This document shows, piece by piece, positions 9,064 through 19,027 of a stretch of DNA of 39,684 nt. Within the stretch, counting starts at the first letter, position 1; each line of letters begins with the position of its first letter. Under the pieces are notes generated by a model. That model saw only the letters and a program-made list of their open reading frames with translations, was not told the DNA's origin and did not search any database. This DNA is from a virus (taxonomy: Duplodnaviria > Caudoviricetes), in the IMG/VR virus record IMGVR_UViG_3300032129_000024, positions 1-39,684 of that record. One strand, written 5' to 3'. Both the position numbers and the translations under genes were made by a program.

Positions 9064-11190
9064 TCAGGCTAGGATGGGGATCCTAGTGGCTGGGTCCAAT
9101 CTGCCCCCCTTGAGTCTTTCCCAGAAGCGAGTGTCTTCCTGGCCGAGACGCCATACAGCTATCCCGTCAAGTCCCCACATACGTTCGCCCTCGTCCATGC
9201 AATGCGCCATATACTCAGCGTCTGCGAAGTGGCACAGTGCCGTCCCCTTGGGATCGCACAGGTAGACCGTAGCGATCCAGCATTCGATATCCCGGGGGAT
9301 AATCCTGACAGCTTCCGAAGTGCCTGCACGGATGCCGACACCCTTCAAGTGGATGAAGTCCCAGTCAGGTGCAATGGCCTCTGTCCGGGTCGTACGCTCT
9401 TCCACGTCAGTGTTGGGACGGAAGCGGTTGAACCCATCCCAGGTCACGTTCGTGCGAGGAATACGGCCGACATCTGTGTAGGTGAATGTTCCTACCTGCA
9501 CGTCAACCGCCTCCCGAGGGTTATACCACCAGCCATCGCCCCATCGGACGTGGTCAAACCAAGCGTCGCCACTTGTGCTAAGCATACCAGATGGACCAGA
9601 TATATATCCTGCATCTGTGTAATCTATCCGGAGCGGTACGCCGCTCTCAGCTCGGCTGTAGTACACACGGGCACGGTTACCCCTAACCCGTAGCCCCACG
9701 ACCGCCTGAGAGGACCCTGGGACCGCGCTGGACCCCGGCGCGCTGCCTTGGTATGTGGCCAGTGTGGCACCATTCCGCGAGAGGACAACTAGGCCGCTCT
9801 GGTCGACCGTTGCCTGGAAGCTGCCACAGTACACACCAGCACGGCCAGCCGAGGGAAGCTGGAGCCGACCCTGGACGTGGTAGTTGCCTCCGGAGTTGAT
9901 ATTCGTGAGGCTTAGCTTGCCAGCCCCGGCCACACGATACTGACCGTAGGTACGGGGCACGGCAACGGGGTCGCCCTGACGCCAGTGGGACCACGAGCCG
10001 GTCTGGGTGTAGTACAGGCCAAGTGCTCCAGTGTTGGCACAGTCATCATCCATGATAGTCGCGCTCTGGGGATCCCGCTGGAGTACCTCGATGGTCAGGT
10101 TATGTGCGTCCTGATTATACCACTCGCCAGCCGTGTTCACGACCTGGATCGGCTGCACTGTGTGTTCCATGTATTCGGTCGTCACGCGCTGGTCCACCAT
10201 CTGGCCCACGTTCGTCGCAGCTGCCGATCCGTACCGGGTCAGATAGGGCTTGCCATTGTAGGTCGTGGCTACCATTCCGCTCCGAGCGGCGATGTGTGCA
10301 GCAGTGGCCCACCAGTAGCATCCGATGAGGACGAAGGGGCTGTTCGTTTCCTTGTCCCGGTAGACGAACCAGCTTGCGAGTGTCTGGCCTTGTGCGTTAG
10401 TGCCATCACCCCAGATGTTCCACTCACCGGTCGCCATATACCAGAACCAGTAATAGGCTCCGGCGTTGCCCCGATAGGGCCACTGAGGGTAACGGGGCAT
10501 CTCTTCCACCGGAACGTGAATCATCCAGTTCTGCCCGTAGGCCGACACCCCTCGCAGGATCTTCTCAGCGGGGATGACTGACACTGCCCAGTCGTAAACT
10601 TCCTTGAGCCAGAAGTACGGGGCAATCGGGCCTGGAGAGCTTCCGGACCAGCCGAAGTCATACGTCATGATAGCTACTTGGTCAAAGTAAGCCCCGAACG
10701 CTGCATAGTCCAGCCACGTCTCTCCACCGACCGAGTAGTTACCCTCGGTGGCAGCAGGCAAGGCAGCGGACACCTTCAGGCCCTTGGACCGAGCGTGGTC
10801 GCCGAGTGCCCGGTAGCTGGCCATCGCTTCAGCCGAGGTGATGTTACTACCGAACCCCTCGGCGTCAATGTCCAGGCCAGTGAGCCACGGGTAGGCCGCG
10901 TAGATGTTGTCCAGCTGGCCCATCACCTGTATGGTGAGCGGGTCTGACGGATTAGCCATCTTGCGGAACACTGTGCTACTGAAGCACTGCACAGTGAGCC
11001 ACCACTTGATGTTCGGCCACTTGGCCCGGAACGTCTCAACCGTGTTCTGGATGCTCATGTTCTGCATCCCGTCAGCGGTGAGGGTGTATGCTACCAAGAA
11101 CACATCGTCAATGACGTCCCCGTGGTTAGTCAGGACGGCGTCGGTTCGCACGCTGCTGTTCGCGTGCCACACTGCTACCCGGTTACCCAT
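9064..11190 (-). CDS. Minor tail protein with N-terminal GH18 (chitinase-like) domain
   Basis: GLDIDAE (DxDxE), IMTYDF, GPIAP, KILRGV..YG, C-terminal GIAVWRLG; start coupled by TAATG. Confidence 0.85.
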   Translation of the reverse strand: MGNRVAVWHANSSVRTDAVLTNHGDVIDDVFLVAYTLTADGMQNMSIQNTVETFRAKWPNIKWWLTVQCFSSTVFRKMANPSDPLTIQVMGQLDNIYAAYPWLTGLDIDAEGFGSNITSAEAMASYRALGDHARSKGLKVSAALPAATEGNYSVGGETWLDYAAFGAYFDQVAIMTYDFGWSGSSPGPIAPYFWLKEVYDWAVSVIPAEKILRGVSAYGQNWMIHVPVEEMPRYPQWPYRGNAGAYYWFWYMATGEWNIWGDGTNAQGQTLASWFVYRDKETNSPFVLIGCYWWATAAHIAARSGMVATTYNGKPYLTRYGSAAATNVGQMVDQRVTTEYMEHTVQPIQVVNTAGEWYNQDAHNLTIEVLQRDPQSATIMDDDCANTGALGLYYTQTGSWSHWRQGDPVAVPRTYGQYRVAGAGKLSLTNINSGGNYHVQGRLQLPSAGRAGVYCGSFQATVDQSGLVVLSRNGATLATYQGSAPGSSAVPGSSQAVVGLRVRGNRARVYYSRAESGVPLRIDYTDAGYISGPSGMLSTSGDAWFDHVRWGDGWWYNPREAVDVQVGTFTYTDVGRIPRTNVTWDGFNRFRPNTDVEERTTRTEAIAPDWDFIHLKGVGIRAGTSEAVRIIPRDIECWIATVYLCDPKGTALCHFADAEYMAHCMDEGERMWGLDGIAVWRLGQEDTRFWERLKGGRLDPATRIPILA

Positions 11191-11678
11191 TAGACGGTCC
11201 AGTTCATGCCAGTGGGCGGAATGAGGTATAGTGCAGCATTGATAGCGATGGGGCACACGAACTGAAGTGCCCCTGATCCGTTGACGCGGTACTGCACAGG
11301 GACGAGTCCGGCGTTCGTGTATACCACACCATTCCCCAGTCTGCTCAGGTTGCCAGTAGGAACGAACCCAGCCGGGAGCGTGCCGAAGGTGTAGTAGGTG
11401 TTCCCAGCGAATGCACTAGGGCAGCCGACAGGCCCGCTCTCCAGTGTGGCCAGAGCACCGACCTTGATCGCCGTCGGTGCCTTGTATGTGCTATACGAGG
11501 CCACACTGTACCCAGATGCCAGCGTGACAGCAGCAGACGAGACGGCGAGGTTAGTCTTACCGCCCGATTCTGTGCTAAGGGCGTCGTCGTTGGCTTTCAT
11601 GATACGGGCCAGCTCGGCCAGATCACGGAAAGTGTTAGGTCCATATTCCGGTGTCGGGGGTGTTTCTAAGACGGCCAT
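11190..11678 (-). CDS. Minor tail protein (fibre/RBP-like)
   Basis: GTLPAGFVP motif typical of tail-fibre tips; TAATG coupling on both sides. Confidence 0.7.
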   Translation of the reverse strand: MAVLETPPTPEYGPNTFRDLAELARIMKANDDALSTESGGKTNLAVSSAAVTLASGYSVASYSTYKAPTAIKVGALATLESGPVGCPSAFAGNTYYTFGTLPAGFVPTGNLSRLGNGVVYTNAGLVPVQYRVNGSGALQFVCPIAINAALYLIPPTGMNWTV

Positions 11679-12274
11679 TACCATCCTCCATGTTCTGCTA
11701 GTACGTCGGTCCAGGTCTTGTGCCAAGCCCAGACAGCAGCCCAGCCTCCCGCGTGGGAAGCCGTGACAGTGCCGAGGTCTGTGCGGATGTTGCTCGGGGG
11801 TGCAGCATGGATCCCGCGGATGGCCACCACTGCCGACATGAGGCCGTCGGTAGTGAGGTCCAAGCGCTGGTCAGCGCGTGCTGTGTGGTGAGGCGTGATG
11901 CCAGCCCCCGAGCTTAGCTTATACTCATATCCGCTGAAGTCTTGACGTGTGCTGATTTCCCCTAAATACATAAGACCCCACTGGACGGTCTGGACGCCGA
12001 GTGGGGATATGACCCCAAGATAGGGGCTTGCTTGGTCTTCATCGGCCATGACCCAAGTGTCATAATCTGACTGGATCATTCCGTTGATGTAGCGCCATAC
12101 CGGGGCAGGCTTCAGGGCTAGGTCGCCCACCTGTGGAGACCAGCTGAACAGGCTGCTACCGGGGTTCAGCTGGATGTCTGTGACGTTAGCGCCTGCCTGA
12201 GCGGTAACCTTCACGGCCACACCTAACAAGGGCTTGGAGGGCTTGAGCTGGCCGAATGTGCGGACGAATGCCAT
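11678..12274 (-). CDS. Minor tail protein
   Basis: Position in the tail-tip cluster; coupled start and stop. Confidence 0.75.
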   Translation of the reverse strand: MAFVRTFGQLKPSKPLLGVAVKVTAQAGANVTDIQLNPGSSLFSWSPQVGDLALKPAPVWRYINGMIQSDYDTWVMADEDQASPYLGVISPLGVQTVQWGLMYLGEISTRQDFSGYEYKLSSGAGITPHHTARADQRLDLTTDGLMSAVVAIRGIHAAPPSNIRTDLGTVTASHAGGWAAVWAWHKTWTDVLAEHGGW

Positions 12275-12462
12275 TAGGCCACCACACCAGTCGTCCAGGG
12301 CATCTCTGTCACGTTAGGCACCCAGCCTGTCCCCGTGGTGCCAGCCTGTAGGATGAGGTCGGTAACCTCTACCTCAGGCGATGCTGTAATGACCTTCACC
12401 TTGATCGTGAGGGTCTGCTTCTGAGTGGATGGGTTACGCAGTACCGCGAGCCGGATAGCCAT
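12274..12462 (-). CDS. Small tail-associated protein (62 aa)
   Basis: TAATG overlaps at both ends; VTDLILQAG...WVP motif. Confidence 0.7.
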   Translation of the reverse strand: MAIRLAVLRNPSTQKQTLTIKVKVITASPEVEVTDLILQAGTTGTGWVPNVTEMPWTTGVVA

Positions 12463-14894
12463 TACAACTCCAGGGTCTTAGTCTCGGTCGTGCCGTCAGT
12501 GTATTGGAACGTGATCTCAATCTGCACGGCTGCCTCGTTGTCGGCTTCCACCTGTGCAGAGAACACGAAGTTCTCACGGTTATCACTTGCGACCGTCTGC
12601 TCCAGGCTGCCACCAGCTGCCCCGAATGCGAACGAGTACCGGCCAGTCGCTCCACCCTCAACGACCTGAACGTTACTGCCTGCCCAGTGTGCCATTCCGT
12701 TATCGCCACGGCTATTGAGCAAGAGGTTGAAAGGGTTGATGTCACGAGTGTCAATTGACTGCCCCGTGGTAAGTGCACCGGGGTCGGTGCTGTCATCGCT
12801 GCTGGCAAGGCTCCGGAGCTTATTAGCTAACGTGATCTTAGACTGACGAAGGTCAATCCAGTCGATTTCCAACGACACGACCCGGTTCTTTACCGACTGC
12901 CCATAGTCCTCATCCATAACGAAGATCGTGTCAAGAACCTCGAAGCGGTCTATCTCGTCCAGGCGTTCCACAAGCCCCGACACGCTATACTCGTACGAGA
13001 TGGAGGGCTTGGCCCTGTCGGCCAGGAAGCCGGTCAGGAAGCGCATCATCGCCTGAGGCGTCATGCCCGACTTGAAGTCGTAGACGCTGGAGCGTACTGC
13101 ATCGGTCCAGGTGTGGTCCTCCACGTAGTCCACGCCGTTGTTCGCCGGGGCAATGGTAAGCCCGTCAGCGTTGCGACCGTAGATACGCGTGACGAGGCTT
13201 GTGGTATCCTCGCGCTTGATGGCTGTCTTGATGCCGCGCTCATACACGAAGTAGGTGCCACGGTCACGGCCACCCTGATCGAGCAGGTGGACGAACTTGT
13301 TCACGTCGTCAAATACGAGGTCGCCCCCGTACACCTTAGCAATCTGCTTCAGCACGCCGAGCACTGTGCCGGAATCGTTCTCCCAGCCAAGCAAGGCGTC
13401 CGGGTCAATCTGGCCCACATACCAGTCAGTCCCGGCCAGGACCGAGACAATGGCATCGAGCGCTGTACCGCTCCACGTCTGGGCGTCTATCTGGCCAGCG
13501 TAGAGCAGGTCATACCAGTTACGCTCACAGTAGACTTCAACACTAGCACGGTTATTGGAACGATCAATCGTCGTCGTGATAGCTCGGGCCACATAGTGCC
13601 GTCCCTTGAACAGCACCGGCATCTCTGCCTCAATCAGTGTGGCCTTGGTATCTGCGAGGCTCAGCGTGAATGTTAGGGTGGACTCGTTACTGCCCGATTC
13701 TAACGTGGTGCACGCGATAAGGGTGTCTTGAAGTAATACTCCTCCCCCGCTCGGCACGACCAGAATGGGATCCAGGGAGAACGGCCGGACCTGCTGGGTG
13801 CTGGGCAGAGGAGGAGTAGCTGGGGGGGCTGTGCTGAGCAGGATGTCGTCCACGTAGGACGTGAGCGCTGAGAGGCTCACTTCATACTGGATCCATGCCG
13901 TGCTCGGCTCAGCGGAGATGCTGGAGGCGGATTTCCACGCGCTCCAGGTAGTGAGGTTAGCGCTGGTTCGGTACCGTACAGAAGCCCCGTTGCCGTTCAC
14001 GGTTAGCAGCGGGATGTCTGCTCCCCACTGGGCAGGCATGGCACGGGTCTCCACGACCACGGGAAGGACCGCTGTAGACCGTGGGGACACGCGGCCAGAG
14101 ACGGTCTGGGTGTCGGCCTGAGTTGCCTCCAGAGCGCCGTTAGCAAGGCGTGACCGGAGTGCCCACTGGCCAGCGTTGCCAGAGAACGGGGCAGCCATGA
14201 CGACCTCGTCTACAGTGCAGCGGGTCCAGTAACCGTCCGGACCGTAGGCCACATCAAGATGAGCCGTGCACGCCGTGTTCAGGCCGAGCGCGGTACCGCT
14301 TGCACTATTGATGGTCCCGTCCTGGAGCCGGACGTTGTATACTGACCACGTTCCCAGGGTCAGGTCCATCACGGCACCGATCCAGTACCACTCGTCGGCA
14401 TTGAGTGTCATAGTCATGTAGTCGCTGACGAGCTGGTTCCCAGCGTTGTCGTAGAACCTGTAGTTCAGCGTCGGGACGCTTGCCGTGACGTTGACGGCGA
14501 GGTGGAACAGGGGTGCAGCCCCGGGAGTGCCCCGTGTGCTAAGCACCGGGTTCCACTGGGTGTCGTTCTTGCCATTGTACCAAGCACCGACCATGATGCT
14601 ACCCGAAGAGGGGAACAGGTTGCCGTCGTTCTCTACGCGGACGTAGGACTGCTCGGTCTGCCCTACGTTGTTCAGCCGGAGGCCAGTGCCCCATCGGCTG
14701 GGAACTGCTGCTGCACTGCTACTAGCGAAGTTGTTGACGTATACTGTGCGGTCGTTACCGCTTGCGTCAGGGGTTGGACGGGGATCGCCTGTACCGACGA
14801 ATGAGTCCAGGTGAAGCAGTACCTTAGTAACTGCATCTGGATCCCACTCGCCCGTCCAGTCGCCCCGACTGGTAGCGCGAGAGTACTCGACCAT
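12462..14894 (-). CDS. Minor tail protein (LamG/ConA-like N-terminus + Tal/hub-like prophage-tail domain)
   Basis: Second gene after tape measure; lectin-like W-rich N-terminus; DTTSLVTRIYG and IAKVYGG hub motifs; NLLLNS C-terminal segment. Confidence 0.85.
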   Translation of the reverse strand: MVEYSRATSRGDWTGEWDPDAVTKVLLHLDSFVGTGDPRPTPDASGNDRTVYVNNFASSSAAAVPSRWGTGLRLNNVGQTEQSYVRVENDGNLFPSSGSIMVGAWYNGKNDTQWNPVLSTRGTPGAAPLFHLAVNVTASVPTLNYRFYDNAGNQLVSDYMTMTLNADEWYWIGAVMDLTLGTWSVYNVRLQDGTINSASGTALGLNTACTAHLDVAYGPDGYWTRCTVDEVVMAAPFSGNAGQWALRSRLANGALEATQADTQTVSGRVSPRSTAVLPVVVETRAMPAQWGADIPLLTVNGNGASVRYRTSANLTTWSAWKSASSISAEPSTAWIQYEVSLSALTSYVDDILLSTAPPATPPLPSTQQVRPFSLDPILVVPSGGGVLLQDTLIACTTLESGSNESTLTFTLSLADTKATLIEAEMPVLFKGRHYVARAITTTIDRSNNRASVEVYCERNWYDLLYAGQIDAQTWSGTALDAIVSVLAGTDWYVGQIDPDALLGWENDSGTVLGVLKQIAKVYGGDLVFDDVNKFVHLLDQGGRDRGTYFVYERGIKTAIKREDTTSLVTRIYGRNADGLTIAPANNGVDYVEDHTWTDAVRSSVYDFKSGMTPQAMMRFLTGFLADRAKPSISYEYSVSGLVERLDEIDRFEVLDTIFVMDEDYGQSVKNRVVSLEIDWIDLRQSKITLANKLRSLASSDDSTDPGALTTGQSIDTRDINPFNLLLNSRGDNGMAHWAGSNVQVVEGGATGRYSFAFGAAGGSLEQTVASDNRENFVFSAQVEADNEAAVQIEITFQYTDGTTETKTLEL

Positions 14895-15667
14895 CAGATT
14901 CTCCTCGAGGGGACACGGCCTACGGCCTGAGTGAATGTGCCAGCAGAAACGCTGACGGGGATAGTGACTGTATCAATGCCCACGAGCCGGGTGAACTGGG
15001 TGAAGCGATCCGCGATGTTGCGAACCTTGGCCCCGGTAGCCGTGGTCATGATATAGAAGTCTAGCTTCTCAAAGTCCAGGACCATAGTCTGGCCAGCTGT
15101 GAGCGGGCCTGATACCTCCATGGCCCCGGCGATGAAACGCTGGGTGCTCGACAGAACCCCACGGAATTCGACCGTGGGGTAATAGTTAGTGTTGCCCTGT
15201 CCAACTAGAGTCATCCCTCCAGGAGCTGAGACGGTCGCTGCTGCTCCCGTGGTGTACCCGTAGGGGTTAGGGGTGGCAATGGTGGCCACACCAGACAGGC
15301 GGGAGACGCCTTGGTCGCTGAACCACAGCACCTTATCGCGCCTCCAGGAGATAGGCCCGGCGAGTACGCCTTGCCATACCCACGGGTCCATCGCGTTCGG
15401 CGTGAAGTCCTGCTGGCCGTGCAGCATAGGGTTGAGCGCCATGCTAACCTGATCGGCCTTGGCCAGCACGTCGTCAATGTCCGTACCGGTCAGCTCCAGG
15501 TTGAAGACCCACTCGGTGGATCCCATCCGGGACTTGTAGTACAATGACCCGTCGCCAGCCGGGAGGTCGTCCAGGGTTACCTCGGCGGGCAGCATAGGCC
15601 AGTCCGTCAAGATCGCCTTGAAGTCGGTGATGGACGTGGTGTCAAACGTCCCCAGTTTGAAGCTCAT
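14894..15667 (-). CDS. Distal tail (Dit)-like minor tail protein
   Basis: Immediately after tape measure; PAGDGS and TPNPYGY motifs. Confidence 0.8.
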   Translation of the reverse strand: MSFKLGTFDTTSITDFKAILTDWPMLPAEVTLDDLPAGDGSLYYKSRMGSTEWVFNLELTGTDIDDVLAKADQVSMALNPMLHGQQDFTPNAMDPWVWQGVLAGPISWRRDKVLWFSDQGVSRLSGVATIATPNPYGYTTGAAATVSAPGGMTLVGQGNTNYYPTVEFRGVLSSTQRFIAGAMEVSGPLTAGQTMVLDFEKLDFYIMTTATGAKVRNIADRFTQFTRLVGIDTVTIPVSVSAGTFTQAVGRVPSRRI

Positions 15668-18060
15668 GCTAGTACTCCTTGCGCTCGCAGCTCGCGGGTC
15701 ATGTCGGTCTTCAGCTGGGTGGATAGTGTGCGGATGTCAGACTCGCTGCGAACCTGCATGGAGGCCACACTTACCAGAGGCCCGCTGATGGTGATCTGCT
15801 GCCCGGATGCCGTGGCATAGTTCGGTGTGGCCGTAGCCTGCATCGGGACCATCTGCTGTGCCACGTTAGTCGTCAGGGACTGTGTGACGCTCTGGTCGAA
15901 GCCAAGCGTCGGCAGCTTACCAGCTTCCTTCACGATTCGCTTGTTCATGGTCGTGATGGGCTTGATAGCGTCTTCAGCGTGCTCTTCTACACCGACACCG
16001 ATACCAGCCGGGAGGTACTGGCCGACCTCGTCACGCAAGCGCTTAGAGGGCGACGCGATACCGAAGAACCCGCCGATCTTGCCGACTACGTCACCTACGA
16101 ACCCGCTGATCTTACCCCAGAGCCACCCAGCAGCACCAGAGATGCCGTCCCATAGGCCCCGGACAATGTCCTTACCCTTGGAAAGCATCTGGCCACCCAT
16201 ACCACCGAAAGCCCCGATAATGCTGCTGATGATGCCGGGGATCTTGCCTACGATGAACCCGATGATGCCGCCGAGGTTACCCATGAGGGAAGTGATAAGC
16301 TGGAAGCCTGCACCGAGTAGCATCGGGATAGCTCCCAGGAGGGCACCTACGATCCCGCCGATGATTTGCGGTATGGCTCCAACGATGGTACCGATGATCT
16401 GAGGCAGAGCACCGATTAGCGCTGTGATGAGCTGGATACCAGCCCCGATGAGCATCGGGATAGCCCCGATTACTGCACCGAGTACAGCCGTGATGATAGT
16501 GGGGATAGCTGCTACGATAGCGGTGATGATCTCGGGCAGTGCTGTCACCAGAGCGGTGATAAGCTGGATGCCTGCATCAATGAGCAGCGGGATAGCACCG
16601 ATCACGGCACCGATCACCGAGGTGATGATTTGGGGGAGAGCACTAACGATCATCGTGATGATGGTGGGCAGTGCCCCGATCAGCGCGGTGAATAGCGTTA
16701 TGCCAGTTTCAATGAGCTGAGGCAGTGCCCCGGTGATGAATCCCACGATCTGGTGGATAAGCTCGGGCAGGTATTCCAGCAGAACCGGAATGGCTTCCAT
16801 GAGGCCCGTGGCAAGTGCCTCAATAAGCGACAGTGCGACCTCAAAGAGCATAGGCAGGTTAGACAGGATACCCTCGGCGATACCCGTGATCATGAATGCT
16901 ACCTGAGGGAGCAGACCGGGCATAGCTGCCACAAGGCCCTCGCCCAGCGCGATGACTGCCTTCATGCCAGCGTCTACCAGCATAGGCAGGTTCTCAACGA
17001 CCATGTCAACGAGGCCCACGATAGCGGGCACGATGGCCGTGATCAGCCCCGGGAGAGACGAGGAGACCCCCTGCACCAGCCCACCGATGAGGGCCACACC
17101 AGCGTCCAGGATGGCGGGGATAGCCGTTACGATGGCACCTATCAGGCTCTGCATCATTTCGCCGAGCTTAGGCCCGAGCGTGGCGATGTTAGAACCGATG
17201 TTCTCGATGATAGGGCCGACGTTAGTGATGACCGTCTCAAGCGAGCTGATGACGTTGCCCGCTAGTGTGGCCACATCAGCGTCCGCGCTGCCAAGCCCTG
17301 TCAGGAGGTTATCGAAGCTGCCCTTCAGCATACCTACGGAACCAGAGATGGTCTCGCTTGCTTCCTTGGCAGTGGTGCCAGCGATGCCCATATCTTCCTG
17401 GACTAGCTGGATGGCCTTGCTGACGTCAGCGAAGTTGCTGAGGTCAAACGTCTGCCCCATCGCTCCTGGAAGCTTTTCAGCATCCGTCAGGAGGCGCTGC
17501 ATTTCAGCCTGAGTACCACCATACCCTAGTTTCAGGTTGTCGAGCATAGTGTAGTTCTGCTTCGCGAACCCAGAGTAGGCGTTCTGGATGGACCCGATGT
17601 CGGTGCCCATCTTGTTCGCGTTGTCAGACATCGCTACCATGATGTCGTTAGCTGCCTTGGCAGAGTCTGCACTCTCGCCGAGGCTGCCCGTCAGGGAAGC
17701 GGCGAAGCCCGTGGCCTGAGTCATAAACTCAGTAGCGCTAAGTCCGGCGGTCTTGTAGGCGTCGGCGGCGTAATCCTTCATGGCATCGGCAGAATCACCG
17801 AACAGAGTTTCGATGCCGCCGATGGCCTGCTCAGACTCAGCGAAAGCCCCGATGACGCTTGCGCCTAGTGCCCCGCCAGCCGCGACAGCGGCCAACGAGA
17901 AGCCGACCAGTGCTTTACCAGCACCAGTCAGCCCCCCCTTGACCATCCCGCCGATCTTGGAGTCAGCCTTGCCAGCGCTGTCGCCCACACCAGCGAGGCC
18001 CGACTGGACCTTGTCAGCGCCGTCGAGTGAGAGTTTGATCCTCACATCGTTGTCAGCCAT
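15664..18060 (-). CDS. Tape measure protein
   Basis: 798 aa, Ala/Gly/Ile-rich, AKQNYTMLDNLKLGYGGT motif, periodic P..I..(G/I) repeats, FGIASPSK. Confidence 0.95.
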   Translation of the reverse strand: MADNDVRIKLSLDGADKVQSGLAGVGDSAGKADSKIGGMVKGGLTGAGKALVGFSLAAVAAGGALGASVIGAFAESEQAIGGIETLFGDSADAMKDYAADAYKTAGLSATEFMTQATGFAASLTGSLGESADSAKAANDIMVAMSDNANKMGTDIGSIQNAYSGFAKQNYTMLDNLKLGYGGTQAEMQRLLTDAEKLPGAMGQTFDLSNFADVSKAIQLVQEDMGIAGTTAKEASETISGSVGMLKGSFDNLLTGLGSADADVATLAGNVISSLETVITNVGPIIENIGSNIATLGPKLGEMMQSLIGAIVTAIPAILDAGVALIGGLVQGVSSSLPGLITAIVPAIVGLVDMVVENLPMLVDAGMKAVIALGEGLVAAMPGLLPQVAFMITGIAEGILSNLPMLFEVALSLIEALATGLMEAIPVLLEYLPELIHQIVGFITGALPQLIETGITLFTALIGALPTIITMIVSALPQIITSVIGAVIGAIPLLIDAGIQLITALVTALPEIITAIVAAIPTIITAVLGAVIGAIPMLIGAGIQLITALIGALPQIIGTIVGAIPQIIGGIVGALLGAIPMLLGAGFQLITSLMGNLGGIIGFIVGKIPGIISSIIGAFGGMGGQMLSKGKDIVRGLWDGISGAAGWLWGKISGFVGDVVGKIGGFFGIASPSKRLRDEVGQYLPAGIGVGVEEHAEDAIKPITTMNKRIVKEAGKLPTLGFDQSVTQSLTTNVAQQMVPMQATATPNYATASGQQITISGPLVSVASMQVRSESDIRTLSTQLKTDMTRELRAQGVLA

Positions 18061-18077
18061 GCTGTCTCCGTTCTAAG

Positions 18078-18527
18078 CTAGGATTTATCGGGTGTTGGAA
18101 GTGACTCACCGTCACCCTGCGAAAGCCAATACAGGCCCATCGCTGGGTCGGGGCCATTGCCCTTAGAATGCGACTCAAGAGAAGCCTTATTGGATGTCTT
18201 CCACATGTCCTGTCCTGTCGCTATAGCCTGCATAGCGGGGCAGTCCAGGGACCACGCGGTATAATCTTCAATGGTCTCTTCGCGTCCCAGTCTTGAGTTA
18301 TGCAAGTGCTGACTGAGTTGCCTTCCGCATCCCGGGCACTTGGCCTCCTTGAGGTGTTTCCATTGCGAGAGGATCTCTAGATCCACCTCTTGCCAGGAAT
18401 CCGGGCTTCCCCCGTCAAGGAGGTGAAGCGGAGGTCGCCCGGATGCCAGAGCCAAGTCCAGCAGAAGTGCTAGACGAGGCCCGATTTCGTAGGGCGGATG
18501 GATACATCGCCGCCCGAGTTCTGCCAT
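18078..18527 (-). CDS. Tail assembly chaperone, frameshift extension (gpT-like portion)
   Basis: -1 frame ORF overlapping the 3' end of the chaperone and ending just before the tape measure; listed start is nominal. Confidence 0.7.
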   Translation of the reverse strand: MAELGRRCIHPPYEIGPRLALLLDLALASGRPPLHLLDGGSPDSWQEVDLEILSQWKHLKEAKCPGCGRQLSQHLHNSRLGREETIEDYTAWSLDCPAMQAIATGQDMWKTSNKASLESHSKGNGPDPAMGLYWLSQGDGESLPTPDKS

Positions 18528-19000
18528 GACATGAACGCCTGGATTACTCCGTGCAGCGTTCCGCCGGGGAGGATACCCTTATCGCTCTTGGAACTGACGA
18601 GAGCAGCGTCAGCGGAGATGGCTACAGCGTCGTCCGCGTCGGTGCCGAACACACCCACGAAGGTCTTCTGTAGAACCTTCTCATACTGATCAACCGGGGA
18701 GAGGTTGGACTGCTTGGTAAGCATGGCCCATTCCCCCAGCTGGAGTCGGCTGTACTTGATCCACACCGGGCGAGCCTCGGGCTTGGCTTCGGCCACATTA
18801 GCCTCCAGGGTGGCAAGGTTATCCGCGAGGAAGTCCTTGTTCCCTGTCAGCGTCTTGAGGGCCTTGGCCTGCTGGAGTTCGGCCTTGGCATCTTCGTACT
18901 CCTGCGAGTACTTGGCACCGAGGTCAACCTCGATGATGAGGACGTCAGCACGGCGTTCTTCGACCGCCTGCATGAGTTCTTCGTAGCTGTTGAATGACAT
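18470..19000 (-). CDS. Tail assembly chaperone (gpG-like)
   Basis: Between major tail and tape measure genes; strong RBS AAGGAGGAG. Confidence 0.8.
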   Translation of the reverse strand: MSFNSYEELMQAVEERRADVLIIEVDLGAKYSQEYEDAKAELQQAKALKTLTGNKDFLADNLATLEANVAEAKPEARPVWIKYSRLQLGEWAMLTKQSNLSPVDQYEKVLQKTFVGVFGTDADDAVAISADAALVSSKSDKGILPGGTLHGVIQAFMSWQNSGGDVSIRPTKSGLV

Positions 19001-19027
19001 AAGGGTTCTCCTCCTTGTGGCTTGGGA

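Noticed and set aside
16150-17150. Periodic repeats in the 16-17 kb region
   Set aside because: These are the normal amphipathic repeats of the tape measure protein, not a DNA repeat array
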